Shown here: positions 1 through 11,790 of the stretch, in pieces | How positions within the stretch are numbered: position 1 is the first letter of the stretch | Layout of the letters: every line of letters begins with the position of its first letter | Source: Octopus bimaculoides | Taxonomy: Eukaryota | DNA: 62,769 nucleotides | Direction of reading: 5' to 3' | Assembly: GCF_001194135.2 (NCBI RefSeq) | Contig: NC_068998.1 | Location: forward strand, 13,801,209 to 13,863,977 | Program-made: the position numbers and the translations under genes | The notes under the pieces: model-generated | What the model saw: only the letters and a program-made list of their open reading frames with translations | What the model was told of the DNA's origin: nothing | Database searches by the model: none

Positions 1-400
1 TTGTTCACTGGATTCTGCTGTTCATCGTAGGTTTATGTTAACTGTTCTGATCCGAAGAAAACGTTTTATTAGGTGAGTAAGTTCACGTCGTCCCTTCATC
101 AGAATGCTTCTCTGAGAAACCACACTAGGTACCGAGTGGTGTGCAACGAACATGATCGACAATGAGCCTAACCCTAGCCATAACAATTGATTTGGAAGTT
201 GGCGCCCAACCATTGACTAATGGTACAGATCTTCCGCTTCGCTGCAATAATCTTCAAGCCGTTTGTCTAGGACTCCGCCACCTTTGTCAGTCATCCAACG
301 TCCTACTGCCAGAGTCTTCACCATATCGCTGGCACCTAAGGTGTCACCCCAGTCCTAGACGGAAGGGGCAGCTTACTTTCCCTTTTACGGGCTGCCATTG
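1..400 (-). mobile_element. Probable degenerate Penelope-like element 3' end
   Basis: Minus strand has CTGATGAAGGGAC (96-102 core), typical of PLE termini. It shares TTGTTCACTGG and TTCATCGTAGG with the GIY-YIG remnant at 28200-28560. No intact ORF. Confidence 0.3.
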
Positions 401-405
401 ATATA

Positions 406-776
406 TACTCTTTACTGCGGCCATGCTGGAGCACCGCCTTTAGTCGAGCAAATCGACCCCGAGACTTATTCTTTGTAAGCCTAGTACTTATTCTATCGGT
501 CTCTTTTTGCCGAACTGCTAAGTGACGAGGACATAAACACACCAACATCGGTAGTCAAGCAATGCTAAGAGGACAAACACAGACACACAAACACACATAT
601 ATATATACATATATACGACGGGCTTCCTTCAGTTTCCGTCTACCAAATCCACTCACAAGGCTTTGGTCGGCCCGAGGCTATAGTAGAAGACACTTCCCAA
701 GGTGCCACGCAGTGGGACTGAACCCGGAACCATGTGGTTGGTAAGCAAGCTACTTACCACACAGCCACTCCTGCGC
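406..776 (-). mobile_element. tRNA-derived SINE family A (head AGGCGCAGGAGTGGCTGTGTGG, B box GGTTCAGTCCC, CORE-like GGCACCTTGGGCAAGTG, internal CA/TA microsatellite, AAAGAGT tail)
   Basis: Near-identical to 27803-28203 and 54128-54539, with Pol III A/B boxes on the minus strand. It may match a published octopus SINE family (OK/OR1/OR2); this needs a Repbase search. Confidence 0.9.
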
Positions 777-1449
777 ATATATATANNNNNNNNNNNNNNN
801 NNNNNNNNNNNNNNNNNNNNNNNNNNNNNNNNNNNNNNNNNNNNNNNNNNNNNNNNNNNNNNNNNNNNNNNNNNNNNNNNNNNNNNNNNNNNNNNNNNNN
901 NNNNNNNNNNNNNNNNNNNNNNNNNNNNNNNNNNNNNNNNNNNNNNNNNNNNNNNNNNNNNNNNNNNNNNNNNNNNNNNNNNNNNNNNNNNNNNNNNNNN
1001 NNNNNNNNNNNNNNNNNNNNNNNNNNNNNNNNNNNNNNNNNNNNNNNNNNNNNNNNNNNNNNNNNNNNNNNNNNNNNNNNNNNNNNNNNNNNNNNNNNNN
1101 NNNNNNNNNNNNNNNNNNNNNNNNNNNNNNNNNNNNNNNNNNNNNNNNNNNNNNNNNNNNNNNNNNNNNNNNNNNNNNNNNNNNNNNNNNNNNNNNNNNN
1201 NNNNNNNNNNNNNNNNNNNNNNNNNNNNNNNNNNNNNNNNNNNNNNNNNNNNNNNNNNNNNNNNNNNNNNNNNNNNNNNNNNNNNNNNNNNNNNNNNNNN
1301 NNNNNNNNNNNNNNNNNNNNNNNNNNNNNNNNNNNNNNNNNNNNNNNNNNNNNNNNNNNNNNNNNNNNNNNNNNNNNNNNNNNNNNNNNNNNNNNNNNNN
1401 NNNNNNNNNNNNNNNNNNNNNNNNNNNNNNNNNNNNNNNNNNNNNNNNN

Positions 1450-1492
<43 letters not shown>

Positions 1493-1504
1493 GGAAAATA
1501 TATG

Positions 1505-1822
1505 ACAAACGGCAGAATTTGAACTCAGACGTAAAGACTGTGAGCTGCAGCTAAGCATTTCGCTTGGCGCGTTAACGATTCTACCAGCTCGCCATCTTAG
1601 CAATAACAATAATGTTAGAAGATTACCTAAGACGGTGAGTTGGCAGAATCGTTAGTACAGCGACCAAAGTGTTTGGAGTTCAAATTTTACTGAGATCCAT
1701 TTTGCCTTTCATTCTTTTGGAGTCGATAAAGTAAGTGCCAATCAAGCACCGGAGTCGATATGATCGACTTACCCACTTCATTTAAATTGCTGGCCTCGTG
1801 CCAAAATTTGAAATTAATATTA
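1505..1822. mobile_element. Two copies of SINE family C (GCGAGCTGGCAGAATCGTTAGC head; GTCGACTTTGCCTTTCATCCTTTCGGGGTCGATAAA central domain): 1505-1592 minus, 1627-1822 plus
   Basis: The same motifs recur more than 15 times in the window (e.g. 21770-21970, 41760-42010, 44900-45050, 47350-47690, 59870-60090). Confidence 0.8.
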
Positions 1823-1839
1823 GAAAATCGACTAATTTC

Positions 1840-2130
1840 GAAGAGAAGAATAACAGCAGCAGTACAGTCATTAACTTGTTTGATGACATTGGTATCAACT
1901 ACTCTAAATTTACCAAATTCAGCTTTAATTTTAAATCTCTACTTACCGACGCTCTAGAATGCTGTAGAACGTATAAACATATAGATGATAATGATATAGA
2001 CATCATTACACCAGATAGGAAACTATTCTCAGATAATTTATTCTAGAACTAAAATATCAAGCTCCAGGGCTAATTCAATATCAGCGTTGAATCCTTCGAT
2101 AGTGATGAGATGTAACATCTTATTAGCATA
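1840..2130 (+). mobile_element. Penelope-like (Neptune-type) reverse transcriptase remnant
   Basis: Translates ...SLLTDALECCRTYKHIDDNDIDII..RKL.FSDNLF..FNISVESFDS, matching the PLE RT segment LL.DAL.FA....I...DI.II...RKTLLF....W.K....FD..MGSFDGAE. Frameshifted. Confidence 0.65.
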
Positions 2131-2903
2131 TATATANNNNNNNNNNNNNNNNNNNNNNNNNNNNNNNNNNNNNNNNNNNNNNNNNNNNNNNNNNNNNNNN
2201 NNNNNNNNNNNNNNNNNNNNNNNNNNNNNNNNNNNNNNNNNNNNNNNNNNNNNNNNNNNNNNNNNNNNNNNNNNNNNNNNNNNNNNNNNNNNNNNNNNNN
2301 NNNNNNNNNNNNNNNNNNNNNNNNNNNNNNNNNNNNNNNNNNNNNNNNNNNNNNNNNNNNNNNNNNNNNNNNNNNNNNNNNNNNNNNNNNNNNNNNNNNN
2401 NNNNNNNNNNNNNNNNNNNNNNNNNNNNNNNNNNNNNNNNNNNNNNNNNNNNNNNNNNNNNNNNNNNNNNNNNNNNNNNNNNNNNNNNNNNNNNNNNNNN
2501 NNNNNNNNNNNNNNNNNNNNNNNNNNNNNNNNNNNNNNNNNNNNNNNNNNNNNNNNNNNNNNNNNNNNNNNNNNNNNNNNNNNNNNNNNNNNNNNNNNNN
2601 NNNNNNNNNNNNNNNNNNNNNNNNNNNNNNNNNNNNNNNNNNNNNNNNNNNNNNNNNNNNNNNNNNNNNNNNNNNNNNNNNNNNNNNNNNNNNNNNNNNN
2701 NNNNNNNNNNNNNNNNNNNNNNNNNNNNNNNNNNNNNNNNNNNNNNNNNNNNNNNNNNNNNNNNNNNNNNNNNNNNNNNNNNNNNNNNNNNNNNNNNNNN
2801 NNNNNNNNNNNNNNNNNNNNNNNNNNNNNNNNNNNNNNNNNNNNNNNNNNNNNNNNNNNNNNNNNNNNNNNNNNNNNNNNNNNNNNNNNNNNNNNNNNNN
2901 NNN

Positions 2904-3083
2904 AGTGAGAGAAGGTTGTGGTGGAAGAGTACAGCAGGGTTCGCCACCATCCCCTGCCGGAGCCTCGTGGAGTTTTTAGGTGTTTTCGCTCAATAAACAC
3001 TCACAACGCCCGGTCTGGAAACCGAAACTGCGATCCTATGACCGCGAGTCCGCTGCCCTAACCACTGGGCCATTGCGCCTCCA
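2904..3083 (-). mobile_element. tRNA(Arg-like)-derived SINE family B, 5' part
   Basis: Reverse complement begins TGGAGGCGCAATGGCCCAGTGGTTAGGGCAGCGGACTCGCGG. Homologous to 24245-24625 and 48959-49340. Confidence 0.9.
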
Positions 3084-3169
3084 CCTTCCAGGAGTATAGC
3101 GGAACGAAATCGCTCCCGCTAAAGCGTACTTGTGGATTTAAAGCATTAAGTATCATATGCTTTTCAGAT

Positions 3170-3720
3170 GTTAGCCTGAACCACAGGCAATTTAATGACA
3201 GGTTTATATATTAATACACACACCTGTCATTCACCTACAGGCTTCAAAAACCTATTAATATTGTCAGAATGATCTCCAACCTATCAGTCAATAAAGAAAT
3301 ATTTGATATGGTGGCTTCGTACTACAATAAAATGTTAGAAGCTACTGGATTCAGCGTTGATATATATATTCCTAAATCCCACCATCCAACACAAAGAAGA
3401 GATGCCGCAATATCAGATGATTTACACCTTGCTTTTTCTTAAACGTTAAGTCAAATCTAGTTGAAAGCTTCTTAGATTTAATAACTAACTATTTACCTGC
3501 CAACTACCGATATAGAAAACTATTTAATAGAAAAAATTTCAAAGTGAGTTACAGTTGTATTTCTAACGAAAGAATTTATAGCATGTACACCAGACAAATT
3601 AATTTAACTGCATATTCAGAAATACAAATTCATGCTCCCTTAGTCATGTAACGCTGAAGTGATTATACATAAAGCACAAAGGATCTCCATTAAGTGCAAA
3701 CATTACAAAGATATTTGAAA
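3170..3720 (+). mobile_element. Penelope-like (Neptune-type) RT thumb to GIY-YIG remnant, likely the continuation of 1840-2130
   Basis: Translates YINTHTCHSP..FKNL..ISNLSVNKEIFDMVASYYNKMLEATGFS, and later NC..RNTNSC.L....IIHKA. Both are typical PLE motifs. Stops and frameshifts are present. Confidence 0.7.
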
Positions 3721-4189
3721 GATAAATTTAAGCTATGATGTTTCAAGCATACTTTTCTTTTTGAGATATAAAGGAAAAAATAATAACAAAACTATCCAAA
3801 TATATCTAGAGTTTGAAAGAACCTGACACTACTTTTGGAAATTAACTGAAATATCCCCGTGAGATACAAACATACAAAAATAGAACAAATTGTTACAGCT
3901 TAGTGTATTCACGAGAAGAGTTTCATATTAAAAACAAAAATGTCATATATGTTCAAATTATATAACTGCTAAATCGGAAAAATTTTCCAAATGTCGCTAC
4001 CTATTTTTTTAAAATTTTTTTATGTAGTCTAGAAGATCGAACAGTGGCCATGGTCTTTGCAAACTCTCCATGAACTGTGAGATTGATAAGGTTAACGTTT
4101 CTGTTAAACATTTCAAAGCTAGTCTGCAGAAAGGACATACGCAGAGAGGAAATTTCAGAAATTTTGCATGTAAGGAAAGAAAGATTTGC

Positions 4190-4531
4190 GTCATAGTTGC
4201 GCAGAAGCCTCCTTTTTAGTTGCTAATAGAGAAGGTTGTAGTGTTGTAGAGATGACGCCGTTATTAGAAGTGCGATTGGTTTTTCAATTTTCATATAGTA
4301 TACACATGAGTCAGAGCTTGTGCATGACTCTCTCTCTCTCTATCGTTGACCAAACAACATTCAATTTTTTTCTCCGTGTTTTTCTCCTTGTTTTCTCCGT
4401 ATTCTTTCTGTTGAAGAGCGTAGCTCGAAACGATAAAGACTTTCTGTATTCCCGAGCGTCAAACTAATACATCCTTTTGTTGTTTACACCACCTGTCCTC
4501 GTCTGTTGTTTTTTTTTTTTCGTACATTCTC

Positions 4532-4535
<4 letters not shown>
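4190..4535 (+). mobile_element. Penelope-like terminal (pLTR-like) segment with a minimal hammerhead-like motif at 4403-4439
   Basis: Motif TCTTT-CTGTTGA-A-GAGC-GTA-GCTC-GAA-ACGA-T-AAAGA. It sits next to, and inverted relative to, the PLE ORF remnant at 4690-5480. Confidence 0.5.
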
Positions 4536-4576
<41 letters not shown>

Positions 4577-4689
4577 AAATGTAACTTGTCTGGAATGGTA
4601 CAACAATGCAGAGTGGACTAAAGTAATGTTTTGTTCTATGAGCATGTTACCATCGTGCGTGCAGAGTGACGATGTTGCTAAATAAAATA

Positions 4690-5480
4690 GCGAGTGCTAA
4701 TTTCCAACCTGTTGTTAATCTGGGGCTCTAGTCTGCCTATGAGGATAGCCTCCTTAATTCTTAAATTTCCTAAATTTCTGTCATTGGCCCGAATTGTGAC
4801 GGTTATGTTTTTGTCGGTGTTCCAGCATCTGTCTAAGTGTTTTCTGAAGGAGGAGGCTCTTGTGTTTAGATGTTGTTTGATGCGAATGCGTTATAGTCTT
4901 GTTCTACCCATGTAGAAATTGTTACATCTGTTACATTGGATTCAATATTCAACGTACCAGTTGGCATAAATCTGTGTCATGGATGGGGCATGGATCCTTT
5001 CTTTGCGAGGTTTCTTCTCAGAGAGGAGCCAGAGTGAGCTAGTTGTATGTCTAATCCTAATGGCTGTAGTTATCCTCTCGCTAAAATGGGGTATTTTAAG
5101 GAAGCATATGCTGCTGTGTTTTCTGTGTTTGGCGTCTCGGATACTTAAGCCTATTCACAGTGGATATAGGGTACCCGTTGGTTTTCAATACCTCTAGGAA
5201 GCGTGTGGTGTGGGTCACCTTGTACTCTGTCCTGCTGCACGCACTTGCTCTGGATGCGTGTAACTTCATTTCTGGCATATCCTATTTTGGCACCAAGTGG
5301 AAGGGCTGAAGTGTAATGAGCAAACATATCTCTACTGGTTGCTTTCCTGTAGAGCTCGGTATGGATCTCTCTTTTCCCGTTATTTACAATTGGAAGTCGA
5401 GCAGTGATAGGAATCCAATCCCGTCGGGATGTCCTATAGTGAACCGTATATTCATGTCCATTCAAATAAATGAACAGTAA
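4690..5480 (-). mobile_element. Penelope-like element: RT C-terminus plus GIY-YIG endonuclease, degenerate
   Basis: Minus-strand translation gives ELYRKATSRDMFAHYTSALPLGAK.., LEVLKTNGYPISTV and VEY*IQCNRCNNFYMGRTRL*RIRIKQHL (GIY-YIG). In-frame stops are present. Confidence 0.85.
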
Positions 5481-5649
5481 AATTAACAAAACAGACAAGA
5501 GAACGTTCACAAGGAATGTTTGACGCTCAGTAAAAAGAGAGAGTTTTTGATGTTTCGAGCAAAGCTCTTCGTCGGAAAGGAGAAAGGGAAAAGTCCAAAG
5601 AAGGAAAAGAAATCGCCAACAACATGGCAACAGTAGTTACATTGCTGAA

Positions 5650-5686
<37 letters not shown>

Positions 5687-7029
5687 NNNNNNNNNNNNNN
5701 NNNNNNNNNNNNNNNNNNNNNNNNNNNNNNNNNNNNNNNNNNNNNNNNNNNNNNNNNNNNNNNNNNNNNNNNNNNNNNNNNNNNNNNNNNNNNNNNNNNN
5801 NNNNNNNNNNNNNNNNNNNNNNNNNNNNNNNNNNNNNNNNNNNNNNNNNNNNNNNNNNNNNNNNNNNNNNNNNNNNNNNNNNNNNNNNNNNNNNNNNNNN
5901 NNNNNNNNNNNNNNNNNNNNNNNNNNNNNNNNNNNNNNNNNNNNNNNNNNNNNNNNNNNNNNNNNNNNNNNNNNNNNNNNNNNNNNNNNNNNNNNNNNNN
6001 NNNNNNNNNNNNNNNNNNNNNNNNNNNNNNNNNNNNNNNNNNNNNNNNNNNNNNNNNNNNNNNNNNNNNNNNNNNNNNNNNNNNNNNNNNNNNNNNNNNN
6101 NNNNNNNNNNNNNNNNNNNNNNNNNNNNNNNNNNNNNNNNNNNNNNNNNNNNNNNNNNNNNNNNNNNNNNNNNNNNNNNNNNNNNNNNNNNNNNNNNNNN
6201 NNNNNNNNNNNNNNNNNNNNNNNNNNNNNNNNNNNNNNNNNNNNNNNNNNNNNNNNNNNNNNNNNNNNNNNNNNNNNNNNNNNNNNNNNNNNNNNNNNNN
6301 NNNNNNNNNNNNNNNNNNNNNNNNNNNNNNNNNNNNNNNNNNNNNNNNNNNNNNNNNNNNNNNNNNNNNNNNNNNNNNNNNNNNNNNNNNNNNNNNNNNN
6401 NNNNNNNNNNNNNNNNNNNNNNNNNNNNNNNNNNNNNNNNNNNNNNNNNNNNNNNNNNNNNNNNNNNNNNNNNNNNNNNNNNNNNNNNNNNNNNNNNNNN
6501 NNNNNNNNNNNNNNNNNNNNNNNNNTAGGTTGGCAACTAAGTTCCCACCGTTTTTTTAAAATTTTTGAATTTATTGCGTTTTTAAATTTTGGAATCTATT
6601 TTTTTTTTTCCGTGAATTCTATTTTTGAATCATTTTGGAATCTTTTTTTTTTTTTTCTAGTTAATTTTAGTTAATTTTTGTTTATTTTCAGATCATTAAA
6701 ATGGAATGACAAAGTAAAAAACTTCCAGCACATCGTCCCTTAATACAATTCAGTCGCCTTCACTACCACTTATGTAAACAAATCAATGCAGGATGGCCAA
6801 AAAGGTCACGTTATCTGCTAGAAATAGAAGCTGATTTCCCTCAACTCGTGTTCTACAGTCTTGAAATAATGAAGCATTGGACAATGTAGTCATTGATATA
6901 AAAATAGTGAGATTTTAATAGCTGGAACGCCTTAAATTCCAGTGTTACTTGAATGACAAAGCCCCTTCCTCGTACTTGCTAGCTATATGCCAAAATTTGA
7001 AATCAATATCATCATTAGTTCCAATGTAA

Positions 7030-7700
7030 ATATGTTTAACATTAAATATCACACTAGATCGGAATACAGGCAATCATTACGGTTATATAAATCTTAACGA
7101 GAAAACTATATACATACACAACACTTGTAGCCATCACTCAGCCATCATTAAGAACCTCATTGACAGCATAATTAGAACTTGTAATCTGACAGAAGTATCT
7201 TCAGTCATGCAGTTTCATATTCGTCGCACAAACAAAAAGATTTGGGGATAATGTAATATATAAGAAACATCTCTACTTAAAAGAAAATCAATTTTGGCTC
7301 AAGCCACTCTTCAAAGTATTAAACATGAACAATGCTAAGGTTAGCTACCGTTACCTAGTTAGTATCGCTGCCCAGACCTCACACCACAACCTAAGATACA
7401 CAACCAGAAACCCACATACCAACTGCCAGCTGACAACTACAGAATCAACCAGAATTCCCCACAAACTCCAAACCAGTGACATATAGAAGAATACTGCGTC
7501 TCAATGTTATTACATGGTACTTAGGAGAAATGCACTTAGGAACAGATACAAAACAGCACGAGCATTCATTTAAATCTTCTAACAGAATTCCACTTAACTT
7601 TTCTGAGTAAGGCAATTAAAGGCAAAGTTGAATAAAAACGTTTCCCATAACCTGAAAAATGGCAGCGTGCTGTATACCTCGATTTTTCTGGCTACAGCAA
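7030..7700 (+). mobile_element. Penelope-like (Neptune-type) remnant
   Basis: Fragments include ITLDRNTGNHY.YI..NEKTIYIHNTCSHH.AIIKNL and LFKVLNMNNAKVSYRY (compare LHKIFNRNNVKVSYSC). Heavily decayed. Confidence 0.6.
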
Positions 7701-8559
7701 CGGAGTCAGAAAACATATTTTAGATCTATTATAAAAATTCCATATTCTGACAAAATCACATCTATAATTCTATAGGAAAGAACAGAAATCAGAATCGATA
7801 GTGGAGTGTGTTTTAACTTATTGGATCAATTTCAAAAGAGGCTTCGGTATTTTCAAAATTACGAGCTCAAACTACCAATGTGCGAAACTTCTTTTGATGT
7901 AATGCCAGATTAAGATCCCGATACTTTGCAACTTGGTTTGATTCATTTACAATCGAATAGATCTTTGGATATCCAAATATAATATTTTATCAATTTTGGA
8001 ATGTATGAATCTTATGTAGATATTGAAAATATTTACTTTTGGGGAATCACGAATTGAAAATTGCATCACTGTTTTCTACCACTTGTGTGAACAGTTTTCT
8101 TTCCTGTATTAAATTTAACCAGGAACCTCTTGCGTGCTAGGCCTTCGGATAATAATCATGCATGCCAATTAAGAATCACTGCATCAACCGCACCAGTAAT
8201 CCCATCCTTTAGCTCTCCAAATAAAGCAGATCATCGAGTTGCTAGTTAAGAAATCACGTTATATTTAAAGCATTATATTCTGAGGCAGCTTTTGTATTTA
8301 AAGCATGACAATGTTTTAATTAATTTTACTTAAGGTAATTACTTGCATGAACGATAGTTAAGTCTTAAGACTAAAACTAGGTTTATATAAGTTCTCAACA
8401 CCCCGTGACGTTAATCAGGAATTGGAATACATAGGAACAGAAGATATAATAGCCAGTTTTATTGCAGCTAATTAACATTTAACGATTCATTTCCTTTTAT
8501 GAGAATTTAAATAAATATTGTAAATTCTCCCAAACTGCGAAAAAAATGTGTAAGTTGTC

Positions 8560-9040
8560 CTGATATAAAAAGGTTAAGAGGAAAATGTCTATTATCTAAG
8601 AGGGCTACCTCAAATAGCCCAATAATCTCTACCGAGAACATTTGGTCTGTACTTCGGTATAATCCAATATATCTATATTGGTTCTCGTTGATCGGGGGCA
8701 TACAGGGTTCCGTTGTCGGAACAGGTTCAGGGTTCTTCTGAGTGGCTTGTTGGTCTTCCATAGAATAGTTGGATGACGGGACTGCTATTTCGGCTACAAG
8801 CCGATGCGCCATGGGTCAACGTTAGTCTGGACCTCACGGGAGACCGACCTGCCTAGGGTGGCCCTACCTGAAACAAAGCTCCAGACGGTAACGCTCCCTC
8901 GAACACAAACCCCCTCGCCACGACAAGGCCAGACCTGAGAGTGTCTAGATGCAGAGGGGCTGCCACGGGACCGCCAGTGATGTAGAGCACCGGTGGATCT
9001 GGTCGACTCTACGCATAAGGACGTCTCTACGACCACTAAC
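8560..9040 (-). mobile_element. RTE-like LINE 5' UTR and start of the endonuclease
   Basis: Minus strand CCTTGTCGTGGCGAGGGGGTTTG...GGTAGGGCCACCCTAGGCA...CCAGACTAA resembles Expander/REX3-type RTE 5' UTRs (from memory). It is followed by TNIDILDYTEV (compare NIDILGLSEVRW of APE domains). Confidence 0.5.
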
Positions 9041-9499
9041 CTGAGATGACCCCAGCCTCATCAAGCAAGAGCAAGAAGCAGCAAGCAAGAAGCTCTATTG
9101 TTTAATGTCATGACCCGTTTCCCATTGAGAGCGATGTTACCGGTTGAGTTGATGTTATCTTTGATAATGAACTGAATTACTGGTAATATATATATATACG
9201 GTAGATGAGTTCAGCAAAAATTTAGATTCATGTGAATATGGTACTTAAGTTGAGGCACCAGAATTTAGTACGGTATTATCCATTATCCATACAATTTCAA
9301 AGTAAGGTGATTAAAATTAAAATAAGCAACAAGGATATCCTTGTTGCTTATTTTGATTTTATATGTATTCACTGCTATTGTAGTGAGACACTAGTATTGC
9401 AGTGAATCTATGACCAAAATACTTTACTTTCTGGTCCCCAGAATTTAACTGTGGGCTAGCATCATAAGAAAGTACATTTCCCTATTTAAAGTTGTGAAC

Positions 9500-10130
9500 A
9501 CATTCCCTCAGTTCTATTGGCTTGCGCGTCTCGGTTCACTGACAAGTTTTAGCTCAGAGTGGAATTGTTCCAAGTATAGAACTGTCCAAGCTATTGATGA
9601 GATGTGGTGTTACTTGCCATACGTTGTTTTAACATAATGTAAACCTGTTCTAACAAGAAATTTCACAACTGTAAAGTTGAACTGTCATACTTATAGATCT
9701 GTCTTAATCATTGGGCAGATGTATTCTAAACCTGATGACCCTGTTTTAATTACACATTAGAAGTGCTCTGTCATTAGAATTGTCAAGCACGAGCCATATA
9801 ATCATAATCTAAATGTAAAATTCGATATTTTGCCAAGTTTGGTTTGCCATTAAATTTTGACAATGGATATAGTTTTATCAAATAGATGTGGTTTTGACAC
9901 CGCCATGGAAAATTTATTGTTTGACTCAGGAATTAAACATTTATTTGAATGCAGAGCGCCATTGTAAACAGTGTGGCTTGTGTCAGATTATTTTACAAGA
10001 GAGAATGGTAGCAATAATTTGGTAGAAAACATTTTGATCTTTATAAACACCAATTACAAGAGTTCGAGGGCAACATTAATAGCATCAATCTTACCAGTTA
10101 ACTAAAAATACCATGGGCTATGCCACTCCT
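9500..10130 (-). mobile_element. Highly decayed Penelope-like 3' fragment
   Basis: Weak Y-I-G..LT...TEH-like and LLEQVYI stretches appear only with frameshifts. It ends in TTGTCAGTGAAC, which is shared with the fold-back at 32844-33090. Confidence 0.3.
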
Positions 10131-10254
10131 TGCAGACCCAGCTAATTAAGAATCTCCACAAAAGACCCTATTTTGCAGAGTCTAATATTAAAATAAAACG
10201 AATACTGTCTATAGATTTCAGTCTGTTTAAGCATGGATAGATGATTATTTTTAC

Positions 10255-10725
10255 ATAGATGATGATGGAAGCTTAAGTGTAAAAGAAAACTGCCTTGCCG
10301 GCCCGACTGAAGGAGGGTGCGGTGGGGTGCCATTATCACTACAGACTCGGCCAACAGACGGATCCGTCCCACACGTGACAGCAACTGTTCGACATAGCCC
10401 CACAAGTCAGCAATGCCAGGACACTGAACGAGGGGATGCAGAACGGTTTCGTCACCCTCCGCGCACCTCGGAAAACCCATCTGACAGTACATCGGTGCCT
10501 GTAGAGTTTATCTCGAACGGGCGCCCCCCCCCCAACCCCGGAAACACTGCCAGGCCTATTACATCTGGAAATTATCCATGGTAGTTCCCGACTGGAAAGT
10601 CCTCCGGAACAGACTAGTCTGTTCGTTCTAATCGGTGCCTAGAATCTCCCCGAGAACGTCGTCGCACTTCCCGGTCACTAACACTCTATAAATTTTTAAA
10701 GCGGAACATCCACTGGTCCCATTGC
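10255..10725 (-). mobile_element. L1/Tx1-clade LINE ORF2 C-terminal zinc-knuckle remnant
   Basis: Translates APVRDKLYRH... and PRCAEGDETVLHPLVQCPGIADLWGYVEQLLSRVGRIRL, the CCHC/zf-RVT region of L1/Tx1. GC-rich relative to its flanks. Confidence 0.75.
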
Positions 10726-11329
10726 NNNNNNNNNNNNNNNNNNNNNNNNNNNNNNNNNNNNNNNNNCGATCTGTTTTTTTCACCCAAGGAGACGAGCTGC
10801 GGAAAGACGAGCCTCACAAACGGAGCCCACTCACGCTCACCGTCCATAATAATAATAATAATAATAATCCTTTCTAGTATAGACACAAGGCCTGAAACTT
10901 GGGGGAGAGAGATAGTCGATTACATAGTCCCCAGTACTCAACTGGTGCTTAATTTATCGACCACGAGAGGAAGAAATGCAAAGTCGACTTCGGCGGAATT
11001 TAAACTCAGAACGTATAGAGTTCAAATTCCGCCGAGATCGACTTTGCCTGTCATCCTTTCGGGGTCGATAAATCAGGTACCAGTTGAATACTGGAGTCGA
11101 TAATAATAATAAAATTATAAACTCTGAAGTGTTTTTCTCTCCTTAAAGGGAATCTTCACCCTCTCTTCTGAGTAAACTCTGTCTTTCCCTCTCTTACTCT
11201 TGCATTCCCCAGTCAAATTTCCCACGTAATGGATACCATGTTAGTCTTATTTGTAGGGATCCAGTTACATTTTGTATTATCTTGAATAAGCATAAGGAAT
11301 ACGAAATACCAAAAAGGAACTCAATGTTC

Positions 11330-11790
11330 AGACAAACTAGTATTTTCTAAAGAATCTTTATGGAAATAGCAGCATATTTTCAGATTAATTATTAAATATA
11401 ATATTTCTGTAACACAAACTGGTTATGAAGTGTATGAGCTAATTGCAAAATATAGTGAAGCTATCTATTGAAGGAGAGTTTATTAAGAACGCATTGTTAC
11501 TGCTGGACGATTTTTAACACCATAAAATGTCAGATTTCTTGAGAATATTAGTTTATCATGGTTTCTGATCGTATAAAAGACATGATTAACGATATTCAAG
11601 TATCCTTCAAACAAGCAGTAAAAAAATGTCTGATTTATTTGATAGCTATAGATGAGAAAACAGATTTACTAAACACAGCGCAATTGGCTACAGTTGCATG
11701 TGGAATAAATAGCAAATTTTACGATACAAGATCTTCTAGCTTTAAAATCGATTCGTTGGACTACCACACGCGAAGATTTATTTTTTAAGT
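11330..11790 (+). mobile_element. hAT (Charlie/SPIN-like) transposase fragment
   Basis: Translates IEGEFIK..., ENISLSW/VSDRIKDMINDIQ...LIAIDEKTDLLNTAQLA, matching the hAT first catalytic motif SLALDESTD..DTAQLA. Confidence 0.75.

Noticed and set aside
10290-10720. GC-rich islands (also 8790-9040) as bacterial contamination or HGT
   Set aside because: They translate or align as L1/Tx1 and RTE-like retroelement pieces embedded in host repeats.
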